Below, piece after piece: positions 1 to 9,137 of a DNA stretch of 43,144 bases. Made by a program: the position numbers and the translations under genes. The notes beneath the pieces are model-generated. The model was not told where the DNA came from and searched no databases. It was given only the letters and a program-made list of their open reading frames with translations. Each line of letters opens with the position of its first letter. Positions within the stretch are counted from its first letter, which is position 1. The stretch spans positions 1 through 43,144 of the forward strand of contig JBKBIN010000009.1 in assembly GCA_046296715.1 (NCBI GenBank), read 5' to 3'. The stretch is from Candidatus Ratteibacteria bacterium (GTDB taxonomy: Bacteria; Ratteibacteria; UBA8468; B48-G9; JAFGKM01).

Positions 1-77
1 TTATCTAAGAAAACTTGGTGAAAAATTCAAAGAAAAATTAAATCCTGTTAATGTCACCAGTGATTGGCAAATATACA
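1..77 (+). mobile_element. Right end of an IS481-family element (partial, runs off window)
   Basis: Translates as ..EKFKEKLNPVNVTSDWQIY, homologous to the transposase tail at 321-378 (EKLKEKLTSINVTTDWQTY). Ends in ...GATTGGCAAATATACA; IS481-family elements end in ACA. Confidence 0.7.
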
Positions 78-416
78 GGGATACAATTTCACTGGCACCT
101 TGTAGATAAAGGGATAAGACATATCTATATAAAACCAAAAAGGCCAAGACTAAATGGGAAAGTTGAACGTTCTCATAGAATAGATGAAGAAGAATTTTAC
201 AGGATGCTTGAAGGTGTTATAATAAATGATATGGAGATATTAAATGAGAGATTAGAAGAATGGGAGAGATTTTATAATTATCATAGACCACATGCTTCTT
301 TATACGGAAAAACTCCTTATGAAAAATTGAAAGAAAAATTAACTTCTATTAATGTTACTACTGATTGGCAAACATACAATTTTTTCTTCTACTTTCATAC
401 TTCTAAAAAAATTTGA
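78..416 (+). mobile_element. IS481-family transposase C-terminal fragment (integrase core) with right end near 378
   Basis: QFHWHL..KGIRHIYIKPKRPRLNGKVERSHR...YNYHRPHASLYGKTP, typical IS481/rve C-terminus. N-terminal half absent; element end ...GATTGGCAAACATACA at 378. Confidence 0.85.
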
Positions 417-449
417 CTTTTATTTAATTTTTATGTTTTAATTTTTTTA

Positions 450-1262
450 ATGGAAAAAATAAGAGATCCAGTTGTTAGTGGTTATTTCTATCCTTCGGGA
501 AAGGCACATCTTTTAAGAATGCTTGAAACATTTATTAATAAAAATACTCCAAAAGAAAAAGTAATCTCTATAATCTGTCCCCATGCTGGATATATCTATT
601 CAGGGAAAACAGCAGGACTTACTTATTCAAAAATAGAAATACCTCAAACAGTTATAATTTTAGGTCCAAATCATACTGGTTATGGTGAACCATATTCAGT
701 GTCAGAACATGATAAATGGTTAACTCCACTTGGTGAAGTAGAAGTTGATAAAGAATTTGTTGAAAAACTTGTAAAAACCAGTAGATACTTACAGAAAGAT
801 GATATTGCCCATATAAGAGAACATTCAATTGAAGTTCAGATCCCATTTTTACAATTTTTAAAAACTGACTTTAAAATAGTTCCAATAACTTTAATGGGCT
901 ATGTTGATAATCCTGCATGGTATGAGATAGGAGAATCAATTGCGCAGGTTATAAAAGAGAGTAAAAAGGATTGTTTAATAATTGCAAGTTCTGATATGAC
1001 ACATTATGAACCAAAAAAAATAGCAGAAGAGAAAGATAATTATGTTATTGAAGCAATATGTAATTTAGACGAAGATGAGGTGATTAGAAGGATTGAAGAG
1101 AAAGATGTAACTATGTGTGGTTATTCTGGTGTAATTGTTAGCATTGTTGCTTCAAAAATTCTTGGTGCTAAAAAAGGAGAACTTGTTTATTATACAACAA
1201 GTGCAGAAACTTCAAAGGATTATTCACAAGTTGTTGGATATGCAGGGATAATAATAAAATAA
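450..1262 (+). CDS. amrB: AmmeMemoRadiSam system protein B (MEMO1 family)
   Basis: Motifs R.PVVSGYFYP, PHAGYIYSG, ILGPNH, EHSIEVQIPF, ASSDMTHY, TMCG, VVGYA. Confidence 0.92.
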   Translation: MEKIRDPVVSGYFYPSGKAHLLRMLETFINKNTPKEKVISIICPHAGYIYSGKTAGLTYSKIEIPQTVIILGPNHTGYGEPYSVSEHDKWLTPLGEVEVDKEFVEKLVKTSRYLQKDDIAHIREHSIEVQIPFLQFLKTDFKIVPITLMGYVDNPAWYEIGESIAQVIKESKKDCLIIASSDMTHYEPKKIAEEKDNYVIEAICNLDEDEVIRRIEEKDVTMCGYSGVIVSIVASKILGAKKGELVYYTTSAETSKDYSQVVGYAGIIIK

Positions 1263-1263
1263 A

Positions 1264-3162
1264 GTGTTCATCTTAAATTTACTCTTTTTGTCTTTAAACA
1301 GTTTTTTAATCGCAGGAATTTCTAATAGCCAAAGTTTAATTGAGTTTCTTACTGTATTTTTAATCTTTTTCTATTCTCAAATCCTTGGTATTTCTATAAC
1401 TCTTGGGCTTCTTAAAATTTTATATCCTGAATATATTTTGATTTTTTTATTTGTAATCTTTCTTTATTTAATCCCAAAAATTAAAAAATTAAAAATTCCA
1501 AAATTAAGGACACTTCCTTTATCTATTTCTTTCCTTTTATCTCTAACTATTTCTCTTCATCTTCTTTATATTTTAAATCTTTTAATTCTACCTCCTTTAG
1601 TAACAGATGGACTTTTATACCATTTACCATTTGCTGTCCATTATTATAAAACAGGCTCAATCTCTTTGCCAAACCTTTATTTTACTGATATTTCAATGAC
1701 ATATTATCCTATTGGTGGAGAGATCTTTTATTTCTTTACACTTTTGTCAAAAAAAGAATTTCTTTTAAAGTTTACTCAATATCCTTTCCTTCTTCTTGGG
1801 TGTTTTTCAATCTTTCTTATCTGTAAATCATTTGGATTTTCTGATTTTCTTTCAACTTTATCTGCTATATGTTTTTCTTTAATAAAACCAGTTTTAAAAG
1901 AATCAAGTATGTGTTTTGTTGACTTAATTATGGCATCTACATTTATTTCAACTCTTTACTTTTTTAAAAAATCTGAAAAGAGATTTCTAACAATTGGCTT
2001 ATTTTCTTCTTCAATACTTATTTCAACAAAAACACTCTCTTTAATCTTCTGGATTTTAACATTGCCATTTTTATTTTCAAAAAAATCTGGAAAATATTCA
2101 AAATTTTTTTATTTTTCTATATTTTATCTTTTATTTTTTGGATTTTTTTCTTACTGGAGAAATCTTTTCCTAACAGGAAATCCTTTCTATCCAGCAGAAA
2201 TATCTTTTGGAGATTTTACAATATTTTCTGGTTCATATATATATTCAAAAATCCCTTTTTTAGAAAGATCAAAACTATTATTAAAAATCCTTGCTTTTTC
2301 TCGCCTTCATATAGATCCATCCACAAACTTAAAAGTGCTACTTTTTTCTCTCTTTTTAGTATCTTTATTTATTTCTTTTAAAAACAAAGAAAGATTAATC
2401 TTTTACTTGACTTTCCCATTTTCCATTCTTTTTTACCTTACTTTTATACCAAGTCATTATTACCAGATAAGACATTTTTTACCTGTCTATACAGTTTTAT
2501 CAATTTCTTTGGTCAATCCTTTTTTAAAATTTGAATTTTTCTGTATTTCTGTATTTCTGTATTTATTCCTTTCTGTTTTTCCATATTTATCATTTTTAAA
2601 TTTTCTTTTAATCTTTTTCTTCTTAACAATACCTTTTATATTAATCTCTTACTTTAAAAGACCAGTTTTTTACTTTCTTATTATTTTTTTAATCTTTCTT
2701 TTTGTCCTTTTTCAAATAGATACAACAGGACTGATATATCAAAAAACAAAATTTGAATTCTGGAAGAAATTTTATGGCAAAGAGGCAGAAATATGGGAAT
2801 ATGTTCAAAAAAATTCAAAAAAGGGTAAAAATATTGCCTATATTGGAAGTTTATTTATATATCCACTTTATGGAGAAAATTTAGAAAACAATCTTTTTTA
2901 TCAATCTGTAAATTCAGTGGAAACATTGCCTGTTTATAGATATAGAAAAAAAATTAATTTCCCCCAACAGCCAGTTGAAGATTTATATAGACAAAACCCG
3001 AATTTTGAAAAGTGGATTTCGGGAATTAAAAATAAAAATATTAACTGGATAATAATAAAAAAACAAGAAGTGATTGAAAAAAAATGGATAGAAGAAAACC
3101 CTCAAATATTCAAACTACTTTTTTCCAATAACTACATTGAAATTTTTGAAGTTAAAAAGTAA
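1264..3162 (+). CDS. Polytopic membrane protein, probable GT-C/GT39-like glycosyltransferase
   Basis: Many hydrophobic segments; D.L.YHLP first-loop motif, YPIGGE, YWRNLFLTGNPFYP; soluble C-terminal domain. Confidence 0.6.
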   Translation: MFILNLLFLSLNSFLIAGISNSQSLIEFLTVFLIFFYSQILGISITLGLLKILYPEYILIFLFVIFLYLIPKIKKLKIPKLRTLPLSISFLLSLTISLHLLYILNLLILPPLVTDGLLYHLPFAVHYYKTGSISLPNLYFTDISMTYYPIGGEIFYFFTLLSKKEFLLKFTQYPFLLLGCFSIFLICKSFGFSDFLSTLSAICFSLIKPVLKESSMCFVDLIMASTFISTLYFFKKSEKRFLTIGLFSSSILISTKTLSLIFWILTLPFLFSKKSGKYSKFFYFSIFYLLFFGFFSYWRNLFLTGNPFYPAEISFGDFTIFSGSYIYSKIPFLERSKLLLKILAFSRLHIDPSTNLKVLLFSLFLVSLFISFKNKERLIFYLTFPFSILFYLTFIPSHYYQIRHFLPVYTVLSISLVNPFLKFEFFCISVFLYLFLSVFPYLSFLNFLLIFFFLTIPFILISYFKRPVFYFLIIFLIFLFVLFQIDTTGLIYQKTKFEFWKKFYGKEAEIWEYVQKNSKKGKNIAYIGSLFIYPLYGENLENNLFYQSVNSVETLPVYRYRKKINFPQQPVEDLYRQNPNFEKWISGIKNKNINWIIIKKQEVIEKKWIEENPQIFKLLFSNNYIEIFEVKK

Positions 3163-3168
3163 TAAAAA

Positions 3169-4047
3169 TTATTTAGTGAAGTAGAATTCTATTATGTCAC
3201 CATCAGAAATTATAGAATTTGGACCAAGAAATTTTAAAATTCCCATATTTTTCGCTTTATTCCAATCGCCTATCTCAATAAACTCTTTAAAATTCAATGC
3301 AACTGCTTTAACAAAACCTTTTTCAATATCTTTATGAATTTTACCTGCTGCAGATTTTGCAGTTAAATTCTTAGGAATAATCCATGCCTGTGTAATATCT
3401 CCTTTTATAGTGTAAAAGGTAATCATTCCAAGGATTTCTAAAATACTTTTATAGATCTCATTTAAATCATATACAATTGGGAAATTTGTTTTTATCTCCT
3501 TTTTATTACCATTTGAGAAAATTAAAAATTCCTTTAATGTTATCAATCCTGCTCCAAATAATTGCTTTTTTTCTATCTCCACATCCTTCAATAATCTTTC
3601 TTTTTTTAAAAAATCAAGACACTTTTCCCATATTTCTGTATCTTTTTTTTCTTTTTTTCTTTCTTCAATTATGTTTTCAACTCTTTCTATATCATGATAA
3701 ATCAATTCCATAATCAATGATTCCATTTCTTCCTGAGGATTTGCTTCATTTGTGAAATTTTTCACAACTAAAAGGACGATATCTAAATCAAAAAAGTTTT
3801 TAAAATAATTATTTGGAAAGCCCTCTCCTTCTGGAAAACCTTTAAAATCATATATTTCAAATTCAGGATATACAACTTTCTTTGGCTTTACAATCTCTTT
3901 TATTTTTTCAATTCTTTCATCTTTATATACCGCAATTCCAATATTTGGTTTAAAAGGGTCAAATATTTCATCAGTCTTCCCTGTAATCTGTCTGAAAATA
4001 TATGTTTTACCACTTTCAGAATATCCGAAAAGAGCTACTTTTATCAT
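3169..4047 (-). CDS. Divergent YchF-like P-loop NTPase with C-terminal TGS/DUF933 domain
   Basis: GYSESGKT P-loop, PNIG, DFKG, GEG; C-terminal TFYT..QAW..AAGKIHKDIEKGFVKA..DGDIIEF. Confidence 0.8.
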   Translation of the reverse strand: MIKVALFGYSESGKTYIFRQITGKTDEIFDPFKPNIGIAVYKDERIEKIKEIVKPKKVVYPEFEIYDFKGFPEGEGFPNNYFKNFFDLDIVLLVVKNFTNEANPQEEMESLIMELIYHDIERVENIIEERKKEKKDTEIWEKCLDFLKKERLLKDVEIEKKQLFGAGLITLKEFLIFSNGNKKEIKTNFPIVYDLNEIYKSILEILGMITFYTIKGDITQAWIIPKNLTAKSAAGKIHKDIEKGFVKAVALNFKEFIEIGDWNKAKNMGILKFLGPNSIISDGDIIEFYFTK

Positions 4048-5141
4048 TCTATAGTCCCAAATTGTTTATAAATATATTCAGAAATTTTTTCAACTTTTTT
4101 AATTTCTCCATAAGGAGGCATTTCATCAGAAATACCAAGTATTAATCTTGGAAAAAACATATCTATAACTCTTTTTGTAAAATCTAAAACAAAATCAACA
4201 GAATAATTGGGTAAAAAGAAAATAGCAGGTATTAAATCAAGAACAACAATTTCTTCTCCTACTGCTTGTTTTATTTCTTCAAGTTGCATATCACATTGTG
4301 GATATGGAGTTAATGCTTCTATGCCTGAAAGACCAGAAACTTTTATGTATTTTAATATCAACTTTGAATTCCCATCCCAATGACTGTGAACAAATCTATT
4401 TTTCTCTCTCATAATATTTCCTATTTTCTGCCACCTTGGCAAAAGATATTTTTCAAGTATTGGGGGTGGTGTAAATTCATTTGTAGCATGATCTCCAAGG
4501 TTAAAGATTCTACAGGTAGATTTCAAAACTTCATCTATCATTCTTTGATCTCTTTCATTACAAGCATCAAGATATTCCTCAATTTCTTTTGGATAGTCAT
4601 AAAATAAGTAGAAGGTATTTAAAAGTCCAGCATAAAATTTTATCAGATCTGTAAATCCTGAACTTGAAAGAAAAATTGTTGGTGCTCCACGATTTCCCAA
4701 TCTTTTATCACTTTCTTTAAAAATTTCTTCTACAAAAACATATCTTTTATTCCTTATTAAATTTGTCAGAATTTTTAGTTGCTCAACATTTTCAATAGGG
4801 AACTTCACAATCCTTTTATTTTCATTTTCTTTAACAATCTGATAAACAGTCCTTAAAATCCCCCATTTTGTTCTTAAAACTGCTTCTATATGGTTTTCAT
4901 CTATAACTTTTTCAAAATATTCACTAACTTCTTCATTATATTCAAACAAACCACTATTAACACCATATCTTATTGAACAACCAAGTTGATCATAAATTTG
5001 AAAATTGGAAAGGTCTTTAAAACTATCAGGTAGAGAATTATTTTTTCTATGATAATATATCCATGTTTCAAGGCGTGGTTGCCATAAAACTTTGTTTGCT
5101 TTCCCTTCAAAAATTTTTATATTTAATTCTCTTCTTGTCAT
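4044..5141 (-). CDS. Uroporphyrinogen decarboxylase/MtaA-like TIM-barrel family protein
   Basis: TRRE start, TKWGIL, YDYPKEIE, HSHWDG, GIEALTP, LILGISDE pattern of URO-D-family proteins. Confidence 0.7.
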   Translation of the reverse strand: MTRRELNIKIFEGKANKVLWQPRLETWIYYHRKNNSLPDSFKDLSNFQIYDQLGCSIRYGVNSGLFEYNEEVSEYFEKVIDENHIEAVLRTKWGILRTVYQIVKENENKRIVKFPIENVEQLKILTNLIRNKRYVFVEEIFKESDKRLGNRGAPTIFLSSSGFTDLIKFYAGLLNTFYLFYDYPKEIEEYLDACNERDQRMIDEVLKSTCRIFNLGDHATNEFTPPPILEKYLLPRWQKIGNIMREKNRFVHSHWDGNSKLILKYIKVSGLSGIEALTPYPQCDMQLEEIKQAVGEEIVVLDLIPAIFFLPNYSVDFVLDFTKRVIDMFFPRLILGISDEMPPYGEIKKVEKISEYIYKQFGTIE

Positions 5142-5172
5142 ATTGATTAAATTTTAAAGCAAAATTTTAAAC

Positions 5173-5201
5173 TTGACAAAAAATTGTTAAACTGGTAATT
5201 T
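5173..5201 (+). promoter_or_regulatory. Sigma70-type promoter for tRNA-Phe/secA
   Basis: TTGACA (5173-5178), 17 nt, TG-n-TAATTT (-10 at 5196-5201). Its -35 overlaps a divergent TTGTCA-17-TAAAAT promoter for the 5141 gene. Confidence 0.7.
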
Positions 5202-5213
5202 ATTTCTATCAAA

Positions 5214-5285
5214 GCCGGGGTAGCTCAGTGGTAGAGCGCAGCCCTGAAAAGGCTGGCGTGGGCAGTTCGATTCTGCCCCCCGGCA
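5214..5285 (+). tRNA. tRNA-Phe (GAA), CCA not encoded
   Basis: Cloverleaf: acceptor GCCGGGG/CCCCGGC, D arm GCTC/GAGC, anticodon arm CAGCC-CTGAAAA-GGCTG, T arm GGCAG-TTCGATT-CTGCC. Confidence 0.96.
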
Positions 5286-5329
5286 TTGGAAAATTAAATT
5301 TAAAAACTCTTCCTTTAAAAGAGGGAAAA

Positions 5330-8300
5330 ATGGACTATTACGAAGATTTATTATCAAGATTAAAACTTCTTAATCCTGGAACAAGAAATATTTTAAGCAG
5401 ATTTCTCAATAGACAAAAAGTTTTATTTCTTGAAAATTTAATTGAACTTTTGAAAAAAATTAATGAAAAAGAAGAGGAAGTCAAAAATTTAACAAGAGAA
5501 GAGATGCTTAAAAAAACAGAAGAGATGAAAAAACTTATCTCCCAAGGAGAACCAATTGACAATTTTATAGTAGATGCTTTTGCTCTTGTTAGAGAAGCTG
5601 CAAGAAGAACTTTGAATATGAGGCATTTTGATGTTCAGATAATAGGTGGAATTGTTTTACATTCAGGAAAGATTGCAGAAATGGCAACAGGAGAGGGAAA
5701 AACTTTAGTTGCAACTTTACCTTTATTTTTAAATGCACTTTGTGGAAAAGGTTGTCACCTTGTAACTGTAAATGATTATCTTGCAAAAAGAGATACTCAA
5801 TGGATGGGACCAATTTATGATTATTTAGGACTTTCTGTTGGATGTATTGTTTCTTATAGAGAGACGAAAGATAAATATTCTTCAGTCGCTTATAAATTTG
5901 ACCCTACGCATCTTCCTCCTGATTCAAGATTTTTATATTTAAGACCTGTAAGTAGAAAAGAAGCATATCTATGTGATATAACTTATGGAACAGGGAGTGA
6001 ATTTGGCTTTGACTATTTAAGAGATAATATGGCAGTAAGATTAGAAGATCAAGTGCAAAGAAAATTACATTATGCAATTATAGATGAAGTTGATTCAATC
6101 CTAATTGATGAAGCAAGAACTCCTTTAATAATATCAGGACCAAGCGAAGAAAGTCCTTCTTTATATTATGAAATTGACCGACTTGTAAGAAAACTTTCAA
6201 AAGATAAAGATTTTATAGTAGATGAAGAAAATCAAACAGTAACATTAACAGAAGAAGGGATTAAAAAATGTGAAAAACTTTTAAATATTGGGAATCTATA
6301 TGATGGAACGCACACAGAACTTGTTCACCATATAAATCAGGCACTTAGAGCACATAATTTCTTTAAAAGGGATAAAGAGTATGTTGTTAAAGATGGTCAA
6401 GTTATTATTGTGGATGAGTTTACAGGAAGATTGATGCCAGGAAGAAGGTGGTCAGATGGACTTCATCAAGCAATTGAAGCGAAAGAAGGAGTAAGAATAG
6501 AAAGCGAAAACCAAACACTTGCTACAATCTCTTTCCAGAACTATTTTAAACTTTATAATAAAATTGCTGGAATGACTGGAACTGCGATAACAGAAGCGCT
6601 TGAATTTAAAGAAATTTATAATCTTGATGTTATAGTAATACCAACGAATAAACCATTAAAAAGAACAGAATATGATGATGAGATTTATGCAACCGAAAAA
6701 GAAAAATTTAATGCGATAATAAAGGAAATTGAAGAATTATATAAAATAGGAAGACCTGTTCTTGTCGGAACAATTTCTATAGAAAAAGCAGAAAAATTAA
6801 GTAAAATGCTTGAAAGAAAAAATATTCCTCACAAAGTTTTACATGGTAAAAATCATGAAGCAGAAGCAGCTATTATTGCACAGGCAGGAAAACCAAAAGC
6901 AGTTACTATAGCAACTCAGATGGCAGGTAGAGGAGTTGATATTATACTTGGGGGGAATCCTGAAATTATTGCAAGAGAAGAGACAGTGAAAATTTTATGG
7001 CAAAAGAAAAGAACAAAAAAAGATTTAAAGATAGACTTTATAGATATAGTAAACGAAATTGATGAAAAATATAAGAAGAGGCAAGAAGAAATTGAAAAAA
7101 CCATAGGAACAGAAATTAAAAAATTTAAAGAAAAACTTTCAGAAATAGAAAAAAATTTATATCAAAAAGAAAAAACGGTTAAGGAGATAGTTGAAAAAGA
7201 GATTTTTGAAAAGAAATCAAATGGACTTTTTAGAAGATATGAAAGCAAACTCTTAAAGTTAAAAAATATATATGAGGCAAATAATAGTAAATTGCAGGAA
7301 TTAAATATTCAATTTAAGGATAAACCAGAAAAGACCAAAGAAATAAGAGAAATAACAGGAAAAAGTTTTAGGGAATACATAAATTACAAAAATCACTTGA
7401 AGAAACTTTTCAATATTAGAAATAAGGAAGACATAGAAGAAAAAAGGAACTTTCTATTTGAAAATTTAGAAAATCAGAAAGAAGGAAAAGAGATTGCAAA
7501 ATTATGTATCCCGATTATAGAAGATCTAAAGGAAAGTTGTTTTTCTTACTTAAAGACCTTAGAAGAGGTATACCCAGAGATACTTTTTACAGAACAAGCA
7601 GAAAAGAGTAAGAAAAAAATAGATAAATATATTGAATTTCTTGAAAGTTTTAAAAAATCAATGGAAAAGGAAGAGGTTTTCTCTAATTTTAAAGATAGAG
7701 AATATCATTTTTATAAAAATTTAGAAGAAGGTTTTGCTGAAATTGAAAGAGAAATTTATAAAAAGTATTGCCCTGAATATATAGAAATTGAAAAAGAATA
7801 TGAAAAAATATTAAGGGAATATGAAAAACAACAGAAAAAATATACAGAGCAATTAAATCTTGTAAGAGAAGAATATGAGAAAGAAAGAAGTCAGTATGAA
7901 GAAGAATGGAAGAAAATAAGGGAAGATATGGAAAAAAGTCCTGAAGAATTTAAAGAAATTTACCAGGAATTACTTGAAAAATATAAAAAGCCATGGGAAG
8001 AAGACCATAAAAAAGTAGTAGAACTTGGAGGACTTCATATTATAGGAAGTGAAAGATATGAAGCAAGAAGAATTGACAATCAGTTAAAGGGTAGAGCAGG
8101 AAGACAAGGAGACCCTGGTTCTTCAAAGTTTTATCTCTCTCTTGAAGATGACCTTTTAAGAATTTTTGGTGGAGAAAGGTTGAAAGGACTTATGGGAAAA
8201 TTACCAGAAGGAGAAAAGATTACCCATCCTCTTATAACAAAAATGATAAACAATGCACAGAAAAAAGTTGAGGGAAGGAATTTCGAAATAAGAAAAAATC

Positions 8301-9112
8301 TTCTTGAATTTGACAATGTTTTGAATGAACAGAGAAATATAATATATACTTTAAGACAGGATATCCTTGAAAACAAAAACTTGGATGAATATTTAAAGGA
8401 ATATATAGAAGAAACAGTAGAAACTGCTTTCAACGAGTATTGTGATGAGAAAATAAAACCATATATGTGGAAGATAGAGAGTATGATTAAGTATTTTAAG
8501 ACAACCTTTGGAATAAATATAGAAATTGAAAATCCAGAAAATATTAAGGATTATTTTTTATGGAGGGAAAACTTTAAAGAAAAAATAAAAGAATTTTTCT
8601 TTTCAATTTTACAGGAAAAAAAGAATCAGATTGGAGATTTTTTTGAAGAGTTAAAAAAATTTGTATTTTTACAGGTTATAGACAATAGATGGAAAGCACA
8701 TTTAAGAGCAATGGATGAATTAAGAGAAGGAATAAGTTTAAGAGCATATGCACAAAAAGACCCTTTAATTGCATATAAACATGAATCTTTTCAATATTTT
8801 CAGGAAATGTTAAAATCTATTAAAGAAGAAGTTATAAGTAATTTAATAAAAATTCAGATTACAGAAAAAGTTGCTCTTAAAGTAAGACAGACAGAAAAGA
8901 AAGAGTTTGTCCATAAGACATATGATCAGTTTGCATTTTCAAAAGAAAAAGAAGTTGTTCCAGTTGCTCAAAGACAAGTAGATAATTTATATGAGAAAAA
9001 AGAAAACAATATTTCTTCTTTTCCTATAAAAAAACAGAAAATAGGAAGGAATCAACCATGTCCTTGCGGAAGTGGTAAAAAATATAAACATTGTTGCGGA
9101 AAAAACGAATAA
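5330..9112 (+). CDS. secA: Preprotein translocase ATPase SecA with very large insertion
   Basis: MATGEGKT, IIDEVDSILIDEARTPLIISG, GRAGRQGDPG, C-terminal GRNQPCPCGSGKKYKHCC. Start moved to ATG 5330 (GAGGG RBS) because the ORF-track start lies inside the tRNA. Confidence 0.97.
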   Translation: MDYYEDLLSRLKLLNPGTRNILSRFLNRQKVLFLENLIELLKKINEKEEEVKNLTREEMLKKTEEMKKLISQGEPIDNFIVDAFALVREAARRTLNMRHFDVQIIGGIVLHSGKIAEMATGEGKTLVATLPLFLNALCGKGCHLVTVNDYLAKRDTQWMGPIYDYLGLSVGCIVSYRETKDKYSSVAYKFDPTHLPPDSRFLYLRPVSRKEAYLCDITYGTGSEFGFDYLRDNMAVRLEDQVQRKLHYAIIDEVDSILIDEARTPLIISGPSEESPSLYYEIDRLVRKLSKDKDFIVDEENQTVTLTEEGIKKCEKLLNIGNLYDGTHTELVHHINQALRAHNFFKRDKEYVVKDGQVIIVDEFTGRLMPGRRWSDGLHQAIEAKEGVRIESENQTLATISFQNYFKLYNKIAGMTGTAITEALEFKEIYNLDVIVIPTNKPLKRTEYDDEIYATEKEKFNAIIKEIEELYKIGRPVLVGTISIEKAEKLSKMLERKNIPHKVLHGKNHEAEAAIIAQAGKPKAVTIATQMAGRGVDIILGGNPEIIAREETVKILWQKKRTKKDLKIDFIDIVNEIDEKYKKRQEEIEKTIGTEIKKFKEKLSEIEKNLYQKEKTVKEIVEKEIFEKKSNGLFRRYESKLLKLKNIYEANNSKLQELNIQFKDKPEKTKEIREITGKSFREYINYKNHLKKLFNIRNKEDIEEKRNFLFENLENQKEGKEIAKLCIPIIEDLKESCFSYLKTLEEVYPEILFTEQAEKSKKKIDKYIEFLESFKKSMEKEEVFSNFKDREYHFYKNLEEGFAEIEREIYKKYCPEYIEIEKEYEKILREYEKQQKKYTEQLNLVREEYEKERSQYEEEWKKIREDMEKSPEEFKEIYQELLEKYKKPWEEDHKKVVELGGLHIIGSERYEARRIDNQLKGRAGRQGDPGSSKFYLSLEDDLLRIFGGERLKGLMGKLPEGEKITHPLITKMINNAQKKVEGRNFEIRKNLLEFDNVLNEQRNIIYTLRQDILENKNLDEYLKEYIEETVETAFNEYCDEKIKPYMWKIESMIKYFKTTFGINIEIENPENIKDYFLWRENFKEKIKEFFFSILQEKKNQIGDFFEELKKFVFLQVIDNRWKAHLRAMDELREGISLRAYAQKDPLIAYKHESFQYFQEMLKSIKEEVISNLIKIQITEKVALKVRQTEKKEFVHKTYDQFAFSKEKEVVPVAQRQVDNLYEKKENNISSFPIKKQKIGRNQPCPCGSGKKYKHCCGKNE

Positions 9113-9127
9113 AAATTGTTAAAAATT

Positions 9128-9136
9128 TGTGGAAAA
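9128..9136 (-). promoter_or_regulatory. DnaA box at the dnaA translation start
   Basis: TGTGGAAAA = TTTTCCACA on the minus strand, matching TTWTNCACA, just before ATG 9138. Confidence 0.55.
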
Positions 9137-9137
9137 A

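Noticed and set aside
5228..5329. ORF-track N-terminal extensions (secA 5228; also 12024, 30357, 31900, 36165, 40965)
   Set aside because: They overlap a tRNA, promoters or neighbouring genes. Downstream ATGs give the expected family N-terminus, most with an RBS or adjacent promoter.
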